This document shows positions 40,813-49,793 of a DNA stretch of 64,000 nt, one piece after another. The DNA lies in NCBI GenBank assembly GCA_965228475.1, contig OZ245817.1:3296001-3360000 (forward strand). Reading direction: 5' to 3'. Position 1 is the first letter of the stretch. Each line of letters begins with the position of its first letter. The notes beneath the pieces are model-generated. The model searched no databases and had not been told where the DNA came from. It worked only from the letters and a program-made list of their open reading frames with translations. A program made the translations under genes and the position numbers. The DNA is from Myxococcota bacterium (GTDB lineage: Bacteria > Myxococcota_A > UBA9160 > JAFDDA01).

Positions 40813-42255
40813 ATGACTCATTCGATCCGCACTCTGGCGCGGGGACTCGCAATCGCGATCGCCGTCGCCCTCTCCTTCGACGCCCCGGCGGCGCCGATCC
40901 TCCACGGCGACTTCGACGGCGCGACGGTGACCTTCAACGCCGTCACCGAAGAGGCCCTCACCCCCGGCGACGGCCCGATCCTGTTCGGAACGCCTTCGGT
41001 CGTCGGCGACGAGCTCGACTTCAACCCCACCTCGTTCGCGGCCTCGGCGACCGGGGCCGGGGGCGTCGACGTCACCGACGGCCTGCTGCAGTTCGAGGTG
41101 AAAGCGCGCCCGGGCTACGTGATCGACGAGATCACGTTCTCGGAGCGCGGGGACTACACCCTCGTGGGCGGCGGCGGCGCCGGAACCTTCGCCTCCGTCC
41201 AGGCCGCCGTCTTCGGGGAGATCCTCGAGGTCTCGGGCATCGAGCTGGCCGCGGCCATCCGCTTCCAGGGGAACTTGACCTTCACGCCGTCCGACGGCGA
41301 CTTCGACCTCGCGACCGACGGCGTCGCGGTCGCGCGGATCTTCCACGGATCCATCGCCTTCGATCTCCAGGCCGTGCTCGACGCCGCGGGCGTGACGGGC
41401 GAAGTGACCCGCGTCGGGTTCGCCCTCGACAACACGCTCGTCGCGACGAGCGAGTTCGGGACCAGCGCCTTCATCGCCAAGAAGGACCACGACGGCGCCG
41501 CGGTCGGCGTCGCGGTGGTGACCGACGTGCCCGAGCCGCAGCCCGGCGAACTGCTCGCCCTGGCGGCCCTCCTGCTGTTCGTCACCTCCGGGCGCATTCG
41601 CTTCCGGGGCACGCTCGCGGTGCTCGCCGGGCTCGCGACCCTCTCCGGGGGCTCGGCGATGGCCGCCCCCTTCACCTTCGAGAGCGGAACGATCACGGGG
41701 ACCTACGACTTCGCCACGGGGCGGACGCGCGGCGCCCTCGAGTTCGACCCGAACGACGGCTCGCCGGTGGACTACTCAGACTACAGCCTCTCGTTCGACT
41801 TCGACGGCCTGGTCGCCCTCGTCGGCGGAACCTCGGCCAACGGCACGTGGTCCGGCGACGCCGAGACCTCGGCCGGCCGCAACGCCCGCCTGCGCATCAC
41901 CATCGACGACGGCGACCCGGGCGCGTGGACCGCTTCACCGGGGCCCGGCCGGACGGAGCTCGGGCTGGGAACCCACGTCGTCCTCGATGCACCGATCGCG
42001 TTCCTCCCGAACGAAGAGCGCGACGTCCCCCTGCTCCCGGAGCACTACACCGAGCTTCGTGTCCTCGCCGAGTTCGACCTCGTCGACTGGGTCTGGGACG
42101 CGAGCGAGTTCGCGGGGAACGTGACCGGCTACGCGTTCAGCGGAACGTTCGAGCTCCAGGCGGTGCCGGAGTCTTCCCTCGTCATCCTGCTCGGCGGCGC
42201 CGCGATTGCGCTGGGCGTCGTGCGCAGCGGCCTGCGGCGCCCCTGCCTTTCCTGA
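40813..42255 (+). CDS. Protein with two PEP-CTERM sorting signals (internal VPEP and terminal VPES)
   Basis: 480 aa: signal peptide, domain 1, VPEP+TM+RIRFR, second signal-like segment ending AMA, domain 2, VPES+TM+RSGLRR. Confidence 0.85.
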   Translation: MTHSIRTLARGLAIAIAVALSFDAPAAPILHGDFDGATVTFNAVTEEALTPGDGPILFGTPSVVGDELDFNPTSFAASATGAGGVDVTDGLLQFEVKARPGYVIDEITFSERGDYTLVGGGGAGTFASVQAAVFGEILEVSGIELAAAIRFQGNLTFTPSDGDFDLATDGVAVARIFHGSIAFDLQAVLDAAGVTGEVTRVGFALDNTLVATSEFGTSAFIAKKDHDGAAVGVAVVTDVPEPQPGELLALAALLLFVTSGRIRFRGTLAVLAGLATLSGGSAMAAPFTFESGTITGTYDFATGRTRGALEFDPNDGSPVDYSDYSLSFDFDGLVALVGGTSANGTWSGDAETSAGRNARLRITIDDGDPGAWTASPGPGRTELGLGTHVVLDAPIAFLPNEERDVPLLPEHYTELRVLAEFDLVDWVWDASEFAGNVTGYAFSGTFELQAVPESSLVILLGGAAIALGVVRSGLRRPCLS

Positions 42256-42283
42256 TGCGCCGCCGTCGCGAAGCGCGGCCCGG

Positions 42284-42308
42284 GGGGCGGGGCACGGTGC
42301 CCCGCCCC
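42284..42308. terminator. GC-rich hairpin between convergent genes
   Basis: Perfect inverted repeat GGGGCGGGGCAC / GTGCCCCGCCCC followed by TCTT. Confidence 0.6.
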
Positions 42309-42323
42309 TCTTCCGCGAAACGC

Positions 42324-43019
42324 TCAGGCGGTGCCTTCGACCCTGCGGATCGCCGAGAGCATGACGGTCTCGAGCTGGTCCACGAAGTCCATGGCCACGG
42401 CCATGGCTTCCTCCGAATCGCCGCGCTCGATGGCGTCGAACATCGCCCGGTGGAGAGGGACGTAGCCATCCGGCACGAAGACCGGCGCAGGCGAGAGCTC
42501 GTCGGGCCGCATGTGGTCGATCTCGTTCAGCACCCAGAGCAGCGGGAAGAGCTTGGCCGGCTCGAGCACCGCACGCAGCATGGCCAGGTTGTGGGAGGTG
42601 AAGCGTGCGGCGTCCGAACGCGCCTCGAAGGCGCGCTCGAGATGATCCCGCGCGTCGTCGAGATCCCTCGCCCCGAGCCGCCGCACGGCTGTCCGCACCA
42701 TGATCCGATAGAAGAACCGGATCAGATCGACCGCGTCGTGCGCGAGCGTCGCGGCCGGTGGGAACGTCCCGACGCTCCCCTCCGGAAGATGCGCCAGCAC
42801 CCCGGGCCGCCAGCGGCCGGGGCCGAGCGCCGCGGGGCCCTCCTCGGTCTGCGTCACGACCCGGAGCCGGAGGAGCTCCGCCAACGCCAGCTCCGGGGTC
42901 GGCTCGGGCGTCGGACCGGAAGAGAGCAGTTCACCCGGCTCGAGCTTGCCTTCGAGCACGGCGCTGATCACCCCCGTGACGGCTGCGACCGTCGGGTCGA
43001 CTCGATTCGTGGCGTCCAT
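42324..43019 (-). CDS. GntR/FCD-like transcriptional regulator, divergent
   Basis: N-terminal V..G.LEPG.LL, C-terminal H..MFDAI..GD.E.A..... typical of the FCD domain. GGAG RBS. Confidence 0.6.
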   Translation of the reverse strand: MDATNRVDPTVAAVTGVISAVLEGKLEPGELLSSGPTPEPTPELALAELLRLRVVTQTEEGPAALGPGRWRPGVLAHLPEGSVGTFPPAATLAHDAVDLIRFFYRIMVRTAVRRLGARDLDDARDHLERAFEARSDAARFTSHNLAMLRAVLEPAKLFPLLWVLNEIDHMRPDELSPAPVFVPDGYVPLHRAMFDAIERGDSEEAMAVAMDFVDQLETVMLSAIRRVEGTA

Positions 43020-43054
43020 GGCGATCTCTCCTCGGCTCGTTGAACTCTCGCGGA

Positions 43055-43618
43055 CTACTTCTTCCCGCTGGAACGGCTCTTCCCCTTGCCGCGCCCGCGC
43101 GGCTCGCGAAACCAGGGAAGCCCGTCGTACCAGCCTTTGATCGCCTCGCCGTAGGCGAGGGCGAAGCGCAGCGTGTAGCCGCGCGGGGAATCGAGCTCCT
43201 CCTCCGGCAGACTCGCCGCGAGCTTCTCCCAGGTCTTGAGGAGCTTCTCGTGGCGGGAGCGGTGGAGGCTCAGGAACCAGCCGAGCTCGTTCTCGCGCAG
43301 GTGCTCCCCGAACCAGAGCGTGAGCAGCATCGGGAATCGGAAGATCTCCGGCCCGGGCTCGCGGGAGATCCACTCGGCGAAGGCTTCACGCCCCTCGTCG
43401 GTGAGGGTGTAGACGCGGCGATCGCGCTGGCCGCGCTCGCCGCCGCGCACGAAGCCCGCCTCCTCGAGCGTCCGCAGCTCCCGGTACACCTGGCTGCGCG
43501 TGACGTTCCAGAAGTACCCGATGGTCGAGGCCGCCTGCTCGGCGACGTCCCAGCCGGACTTCGGCCCGTCGTGGAGGAAGCCGAGGACGGAGTAGGCGGT
43601 GGCGTTCGGGCGGGCCAT
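43055..43618 (-). CDS. PadR-family transcriptional regulator
   Basis: VLGFL..GP.SGWD, FW....SQVYREL..LE..G.V, RRVYTLT..GR.AF..W. TAGTCT lies 6 nt before the ATG. Confidence 0.92.
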   Translation of the reverse strand: MARPNATAYSVLGFLHDGPKSGWDVAEQAASTIGYFWNVTRSQVYRELRTLEEAGFVRGGERGQRDRRVYTLTDEGREAFAEWISREPGPEIFRFPMLLTLWFGEHLRENELGWFLSLHRSRHEKLLKTWEKLAASLPEEELDSPRGYTLRFALAYGEAIKGWYDGLPWFREPRGRGKGKSRSSGKK

Positions 43619-43707
43619 CGGCCCAGACTACTCGAAAACCCGCTTGAACGAGCAATTTATCCGATCGAATTGACCTTTCCCGAGTTGCGCCCACTCGACC
43701 CCGGCAA

Positions 43708-44118
43708 CTAGAGCCGCAACGCCGCGGTGCTGAGCGCGGACTCCCCCGCTTCGTTCCAGGTCGAGATCCGGTAGAGAGCCGGCGCGGCGCCCGTCGGGTA
43801 GTGCAGCTCGAGCAGCAGGAGGTCGCCCGTGAGCAGCGCCGTGGTCCCGATCGGCAGCTCGAAGGATCCCGCGCGCGGGACGAACGTGTAGAAGACGTTT
43901 CGGACGCCGCCGGCCGCCTCGCCGCTGCCCGTGAAGCGGAACTCGCCGTCCGGCTCGAACTCGCCGGTCGTCGGCGACTCGCGCCAGAGCCGGAGGCCGA
44001 GAACGTCGGCCGAAGCGAAGTCCGGAATGACGACGCGAACGCTCTGCCAGCGGCACCCGCCGAGCGGAAGCGTGACGAACAACAACAACAGCAACGAAGC
44101 GAGCCGAATCGAGCGCAA
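43708..44118 (-). CDS. Hypothetical lipoprotein
   Basis: Hydrophobic signal LLLLLFVTLP with LGGC lipobox. C-terminal YRIS.WN.AGES resembles the end of an FnIII domain. Confidence 0.65.
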   Translation of the reverse strand: MRSIRLASLLLLLFVTLPLGGCRWQSVRVVIPDFASADVLGLRLWRESPTTGEFEPDGEFRFTGSGEAAGGVRNVFYTFVPRAGSFELPIGTTALLTGDLLLLELHYPTGAAPALYRISTWNEAGESALSTAALRL

Positions 44119-44447
44119 GACGCAATTCCCCCGTGCGGCGCGGACGCCGCGTTTTCAAGATCACGAGCTCGATGGAGGGGGAGCCGACCGGGGTCGGGTC
44201 GTCGACGCGCGAGCTACTTCAACGTCGACACCGTCGGGAAGTGCAGACGACGTGCCAACGCGGGAGCGCTGCGAGTTCGCAGTGCAGCGGTCGAAACGGA
44301 CTCGCTCGGTAAGAACTGCTCCTCGCGACGTCGACGGGTCGCAAGGCTTACCGGCCGTCGCACGCCGACCGCCTTGACTCGCGAATCAGCCTCGTGCCAC
44401 GCTGCCGCATCGTCGCCCGGCGCCCACCGGGCCATGGAGGGAAACCC

Positions 44448-46313
44448 GTGCCGATCGTCACCCTGCGCTCCCGCACCGCCCTTGCGGCCGCCGCCCTGTG
44501 CCTGCTCAGCCTGCCCTACGCCCCGGACGCCTCGGCAAACGGCTCCCAGAGCCTCGAGCAATGCGCGGCCAGCAAGCTGCGCGCCGCGGCCGAGGCCTGC
44601 GAGGGGCTCGTCGGTGCCTACGCCCTCCCGGACCGCAGCTGGTTCGGCCACTCGCCGCGCGAGGCCCGCATCGAGCGCGCCCTCGCGGACCTGTCCGACG
44701 CCTACGCCGCGGCCGACGCCATCGCGATCGAAACCGGCGCGGTCTGTTCGGACTCGACCGGCGGCGCCGGCGAGACCGCCGACGCGATCGCGAGCGCGGC
44801 CGAAGCCCTCGCGAGCGCCATCCAGTCGGGCGACGACGAGCCGGGCTGGGGCTTCTTCGGTTTCTTCCGCGCCTGGATCGCCAAGCTGCACCAGAAGTAC
44901 CAGCTCTTCGCGACGGCCCAGCTCTGCGGGAACCTCGTCGACGCCGAAGCCCGTCACCTCTTGAACCGCGACGAAGACCGCCTGCGCGAGGGCCTCGCGG
45001 AGAAGCAGGACCGGGCCTTCCACCGCTTCGATCGCTTCTGGGCGCTCCTCGCCCTGATCTTCCACTCGGATTCGGGCCCCGACCCGAACGCGATCGCCGA
45101 CGACGTCGACGCGCTCACGGGCGACGTCGTGCTCGCCGTCGCGGTCTCGCCGCTCATCTCTCCCGAGTGGGTGCGGGTCGACCCCGAAGCCGTCGTCTCC
45201 TACGAAGGACGCGACCTCGAGCCGACCTGCTGGGACGGCGAGCCGTGGTCCTTCTTCGTGAAGGGCGGCTCCGTCAACAAGCTCGTCATGTACTACCAGG
45301 GTGGCGGCGCCTGCTGGAGCGGCATCACCTGCGGCGGCCTGCCTTCGCTCGGCATCGGGCCGACCTTCAAGCAGACCGTCGGCGGAAGCCCCGCCGGCTT
45401 CAGCAGCGGCTTCGCCGACCTCGACAACCCGGAGAATCCCTTCAGGGACTGGAACCAGGTCTTCGTCCCCTACTGCACGGGCGACGTCCATTGGGGCGAT
45501 GCGGTCGTCGAGTACGAAACGGCCGAGTCCGGGCCGCTGACCGTGCGCCACAAGGGCTTCGTGAACTCCCAGGTCGCCGAGAAGTTCGCACGCGAGCACT
45601 TCGTCCACCCCGAGGACGTCTTCGTCACGGGTTCGAGCGCCGGGGCCTACGGCGCCATCGTGAACTCCCTCTACCTCCAGGAGCGCGCCTACCCCTCGGC
45701 CCAGTTCACCGTCGTCGGTGACGCCGGAAACGGCGTGATCACGCCCGACTTCCTCGTCGACGACCTCTCGAACTGGGGCATCCAGAACAACCTCCCGCCG
45801 TGGATGCCCGGGCTGAACGTCCCCTTCGAGGAGCTCGAAGCCGCGGATCTCTACATCGAGGCCGCCAAGACCTACCCGGGGAATCGCTTCGCCACCTACA
45901 CGACGGCCTACGACGGTGGCCAGGGCGGCCAGACGGGCTTCCTGAACATCATGCGGACGGGCGAGAACGTGATCTTCTGGATCCGCTGGTGGGACGCCTC
46001 GTGTGACTGGAACACCGAGATGCTCGCCCTGAACGAGCGCGCCGCCGACGAGGCCCCGGACAACTTCCGCTACTACGTGGGAACGGGCTCGGCGCACACG
46101 GCCTGGGGCCGGCCCAAGGTCTACGACGACACGACGGGCGGTGTCCCGACTCTCCGGGACTGGCTCTCGGAGATGCTCGTGGGCGGCCCGGGCTGGACGA
46201 ACGTCGTGGCCGAGGACTTCGGCGTCCTGCTCGACGGCGACCCGCGCGCCAACCCGGCCTTCGGCAACGTCGAGCCCTTCGATCTCGAAGCGGGAAGGAT
46301 CGTCTGCGACTGA
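44448..46313 (+). CDS. Pectinacetylesterase/Notum-family hydrolase with N-terminal extension
   Basis: Signal peptide, C.DG, YYQGGGACW, NPF.DWN.VFVPYCTGDVH.G, VTGSSAGAYG. GGAGG RBS. Confidence 0.88.
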   Translation: MPIVTLRSRTALAAAALCLLSLPYAPDASANGSQSLEQCAASKLRAAAEACEGLVGAYALPDRSWFGHSPREARIERALADLSDAYAAADAIAIETGAVCSDSTGGAGETADAIASAAEALASAIQSGDDEPGWGFFGFFRAWIAKLHQKYQLFATAQLCGNLVDAEARHLLNRDEDRLREGLAEKQDRAFHRFDRFWALLALIFHSDSGPDPNAIADDVDALTGDVVLAVAVSPLISPEWVRVDPEAVVSYEGRDLEPTCWDGEPWSFFVKGGSVNKLVMYYQGGGACWSGITCGGLPSLGIGPTFKQTVGGSPAGFSSGFADLDNPENPFRDWNQVFVPYCTGDVHWGDAVVEYETAESGPLTVRHKGFVNSQVAEKFAREHFVHPEDVFVTGSSAGAYGAIVNSLYLQERAYPSAQFTVVGDAGNGVITPDFLVDDLSNWGIQNNLPPWMPGLNVPFEELEAADLYIEAAKTYPGNRFATYTTAYDGGQGGQTGFLNIMRTGENVIFWIRWWDASCDWNTEMLALNERAADEAPDNFRYYVGTGSAHTAWGRPKVYDDTTGGVPTLRDWLSEMLVGGPGWTNVVAEDFGVLLDGDPRANPAFGNVEPFDLEAGRIVCD

Positions 46314-46364
46314 GGCGACGCCAGAAGGGGCGCCGGGAGCGGAGAAGATGCGCGGACGCGAGTA

Positions 46365-46826
46365 TCAGCGTGCGCGGGCCTTCCAGGCGCGCGTGATCTC
46401 GAGATAGCCCTCGTCGCCCGGGGCGCCCTCGTAGCGGACGACGCCTTCCGGAATCTCGACCCAGGGCTGACGGCTGGCCGCGAAGATGTGGCCCGCCGGG
46501 ACGATCCACGTGGTGTCGTCGAACGTCCCGCCATCGAGCCTTCGCAGCGGCATCCCCGGCCGGGCACCGCCCAGATGCGTTCCACAGCGGGGGCAGACAT
46601 CGCCGCCCTTGTTCCGGCCGTCCGGGAGTCCGACGCCCTTGTTCACGGGCTCACCGGAGAGCAACCGGTAGCTCCCCTCGTGGACCATGACGGAGACGAT
46701 CCCGACGGAGCCCGTTTCCGTCTGGCAATCCGTGCAGTGGCAGACGTACACGAGGACCGGATCCTCCTCGACGACGAAGCGGACGTCGCCGCAGATGCAG
46801 CCCCCTTCCTGGCGGAAACCCGACAT
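46365..46826 (-). CDS. GFA (CENP-V) family protein
   Basis: GGC.CG.VRF, CHCTDCQ, CPRCGT, P..HIF..S.QPW. Confidence 0.92.
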   Translation of the reverse strand: MSGFRQEGGCICGDVRFVVEEDPVLVYVCHCTDCQTETGSVGIVSVMVHEGSYRLLSGEPVNKGVGLPDGRNKGGDVCPRCGTHLGGARPGMPLRRLDGGTFDDTTWIVPAGHIFAASRQPWVEIPEGVVRYEGAPGDEGYLEITRAWKARAR

Positions 46827-46867
46827 GGCGGAAGGCTAACAGGCCTGCCGCTGGTATCGTACCGCCC

Positions 46868-48709
46868 GTGAGTGCGTCGGCCGAACCCATCGAGACCCTG
46901 CTCGCCCCGCTCGCCGGGACGGTGCTCGAGCTGCCGGTCGGCGTGGGTGAACCGGTCCACCGCGGCCAGACCCTGTGCGTGCTCGAAGCGATGAAGACCG
47001 AGCACCCGATCGAGGCGCCCTCCGCGGGCGTCGTCGCGCGGATCGAAGTCACCCTCGGCGAAGTCGTGGACGAAGATGCGCCCCTGGTGGCCCTCACCCT
47101 GGGCGAAGAAACGCCCTCGGAGGAACGGACCGAAGCGGCCGTCGATCTCGACGCGGTGCGGCCGGATCTCGCGGCCAGCCGCGAACGCCACGCGCTGCTC
47201 GAGGACGAAGCGCGGCCCGAGGCCGTCGCGCGGCGGCGGCATCGCGGCCAGCGCACCGCGCGCGAGAATCTCGCGGACCTGTGTGACCCCGGGAGCTTCA
47301 GCGAGTACGGCGCCCTCGCTACCGCCGCCATGCGCCGCACCCGGCCCGAGGCGGAGCTGCGTGCGAAGACGCCGGCGGACGCGATCGTGACGGGCCTCGC
47401 CACCGTCAACGCGGACCGTTTCGGTGCCGAAGCCGCGCGCTGCGCGGTGCTCGTGGTCGACGCTTCGGTGCTCGCCGGGACTCAGGGCTACTTCCACCAT
47501 CGGAAGATCGATCGCATCCTCGAGCTCGCCGAGAAAAACGCCATGCCGGTGGTCTTCTTCCCGGAAGGCGGCGGGGGGCGCCCGAACGACAGTGACCCCG
47601 TCGAGCTCGTGGTCGCAGGGCTCGGCGTGACGAGCTTCCACACCTTCGCCCGGCTCTCCGGAAAGGTCCCTCGGATCGCCGTCGTCTCGGGCTTCTGCTT
47701 CGCGGGCAGCGCGGCCTTCGCCGGCTGCGCGGACGTGCTGATCGCGACCCGCAACGCGAGCCTCGGCATGGGCGGCCCGGCCATGATCGAGGGCGGAGGC
47801 CTCGGCGCCGTCGAGCCCGAAGCGGTGGGGCCGATCTCGGTGCAGGAAGCCAACGGCGTCGTCGACCTCGTGGTCGAGGACGAGCGCCAGGGCGCCGCCC
47901 TGGCGCGCCGCACGCTCTCCTACTTCCAGGGCCCGATCGAACCCGGTCCCGCCGCGGACCCGCGCATCCTGCGACACGCCATTCCGGAGAACCGCCGCCG
48001 CGCCTACGACGTGCGCGCCCTCATCGACGCGCTCTGCGACGAGGGCAGCGTGCTCGAGCTGCGGCGCGCCTTCGGCCGCGGCATGGTGACCGCGCTCGTG
48101 CGGATCGAGGGCCGGGCCTTCGGCCTCATCGCGAACGACCCGGAGCACCTGGGCGGCGCCATCGACGACGAAGCGGCCGAGAAGGCCGCGCGCTTCCTCC
48201 AACTCTGCGACGCCTTCGGCCTTCCGGTCCTCTCCCTCTGCGACACGCCGGGCTTCATGGTCGGCCCCGAGGTCGAGGCCCGCGCCCAGGTCCGCAAGGT
48301 CTCCCGGCTCTTCACCGTCGGCGCGAACCTCTCGGTGCCCCTGTTCATGGTGATCACGCGCAAGGCCTACGGGCTCGGCGCCCAGGCCATGGCCGGCGGC
48401 ACGTTCGGCGCCCCCGTCTTCAACGTGGCCTGGCCCACGGGCGAGATCGGCGGCATGGGCCTCGAGGGCGCGGTGCGCCTCGGCTTCAAGCGCCAGCTCG
48501 AATCCATCGACGACCCGGCCGAGCGCGAGGCCCTCTTCGAGAAGCTCGTCGGTTCGATGCTCGAACGCGGCAAGGCGCTGAACGCGGCGAGCCAGCTCGA
48601 GTTCGATGCCGTGATCGACCCGGCGGAGACGCGGGCATGGATCCGGCGCGGGCTCGCGAGCGTCGGCCCGCCCGGCCCGGGCTCCCGCCGCTTCGTCGAC
48701 ACCTGGTAG
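46868..48709 (+). CDS. Biotin-carrier + acyl-CoA carboxyltransferase fusion
   Basis: LEAMKTE biotinyl motif, TARENL..L.D.GSF.EYG, AGTQG, EGGGGRP, CDTPGFMVG, RKAYGLGA, WPTGE.GGMG.EGA. Confidence 0.9.
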   Translation: MSASAEPIETLLAPLAGTVLELPVGVGEPVHRGQTLCVLEAMKTEHPIEAPSAGVVARIEVTLGEVVDEDAPLVALTLGEETPSEERTEAAVDLDAVRPDLAASRERHALLEDEARPEAVARRRHRGQRTARENLADLCDPGSFSEYGALATAAMRRTRPEAELRAKTPADAIVTGLATVNADRFGAEAARCAVLVVDASVLAGTQGYFHHRKIDRILELAEKNAMPVVFFPEGGGGRPNDSDPVELVVAGLGVTSFHTFARLSGKVPRIAVVSGFCFAGSAAFAGCADVLIATRNASLGMGGPAMIEGGGLGAVEPEAVGPISVQEANGVVDLVVEDERQGAALARRTLSYFQGPIEPGPAADPRILRHAIPENRRRAYDVRALIDALCDEGSVLELRRAFGRGMVTALVRIEGRAFGLIANDPEHLGGAIDDEAAEKAARFLQLCDAFGLPVLSLCDTPGFMVGPEVEARAQVRKVSRLFTVGANLSVPLFMVITRKAYGLGAQAMAGGTFGAPVFNVAWPTGEIGGMGLEGAVRLGFKRQLESIDDPAEREALFEKLVGSMLERGKALNAASQLEFDAVIDPAETRAWIRRGLASVGPPGPGSRRFVDTW

Positions 48710-48742
48710 GCCTGCGCAGCCTCCGGCCGCCGCGCGCGGCGT

Positions 48743-49696
48743 TCAGCTCGCGCGATCCCGAAACACCGCCGGCGGCCGGTAGAGCTCCGCCGGGTCGTCC
48801 GAGAGCCAGCGGTAGTAGATCCGCTGCTCCCAGGTCGGGTCGAGGAAATAGGCCCGTGCGATGATCGAAGGGCTCCGCCCCGGGTGCCAGCGCGGCAGCT
48901 TCTGGCTGATCCAGCGCGCGTAGTAGGAGACGGCGAGCCCGCGCCGGTACGGCTCGAAGACCGTCTCGGAGGCCTGGTGGTAGAACGCGTTCGGCGAGGC
49001 GCCGACGTGGATCTCGAGCGCGCCTTCGCCCCCCGAACGCACGGCCTCGACGATCTCGAGCGCCGAGAGCGGCACGCCATCGGGCCCGGTGTAGTGGACG
49101 TCGTAGTCGCCGTCGACGACGACCCACTTGCCGTGCCGCCGTGACCAGAGCTCCGCCACCATGTGTCCGTCGAGCTGGACCGCGCGCCCGTGGCCGCGGC
49201 CGGCCTGGACGAGCTGGATCAGCATCTTCGTGATGTCGCCGCAGGCGAACTCCGCGCCCTTCTCGGCCTCGTCGAGCATCTCGAGCACGTCGAGCCGGAC
49301 GTGCTCGGCCTTCGGGTAGCCGTGCGGGAACTGGCCGCGCAGGAAGTCCGCCATGGCGGCGAACTCGGGGACGTCGAGGGGACCCTGCCCGTAGAACCGG
49401 GCGGTGCGCGGATCGGAGCGAACCCGGACGAAGTAGGGGTGTAGAGCCGATTCCTGGAAGGGAGCGCCCTCCTCCGGATCGAGCCAATCGCCCCCGCCCT
49501 CGCGCAGGGAGACGAACAGCGATGCCCCTTCCATGAAGCCGCGCTTGGCCGTGACCTTCCACAGGCGGACGACGGCCGGGTCCCCGTCCACCGGGTTGCT
49601 CGCGGCGCTGTAGACGACGAAGAAGGCGAATCCGGCGAGGGCGACGAGCACCGCAACGCCGATGCCGAGCCTGCGCAGGAGCCGATGGGAACGCAT
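48743..49696 (-). CDS. Membrane-anchored transglutaminase-like protein
   Basis: N-terminal TM. Cys-His-Asp pattern: FACGD, GHMVAELWS, KWVVVD. Confidence 0.7.
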   Translation of the reverse strand: MRSHRLLRRLGIGVAVLVALAGFAFFVVYSAASNPVDGDPAVVRLWKVTAKRGFMEGASLFVSLREGGGDWLDPEEGAPFQESALHPYFVRVRSDPRTARFYGQGPLDVPEFAAMADFLRGQFPHGYPKAEHVRLDVLEMLDEAEKGAEFACGDITKMLIQLVQAGRGHGRAVQLDGHMVAELWSRRHGKWVVVDGDYDVHYTGPDGVPLSALEIVEAVRSGGEGALEIHVGASPNAFYHQASETVFEPYRRGLAVSYYARWISQKLPRWHPGRSPSIIARAYFLDPTWEQRIYYRWLSDDPAELYRPPAVFRDRAS

Positions 49697-49793
49697 CGGC
49701 GCAGTATACGAGGCTCCGCCCCGGAGGGCCTCGAGGCCCGAAGACCCAAGGGCCCCGAGGCGACAGCGAGGGCCGCTTTGTTAGCTTCCGGCC

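Noticed and set aside
44119..44447. ncRNA or repeat array in the 330-nt intergenic region with several GTCGAC palindromes
   Set aside because: GTCGAC is common throughout the window, and no regular spacing or recognisable RNA family was seen.
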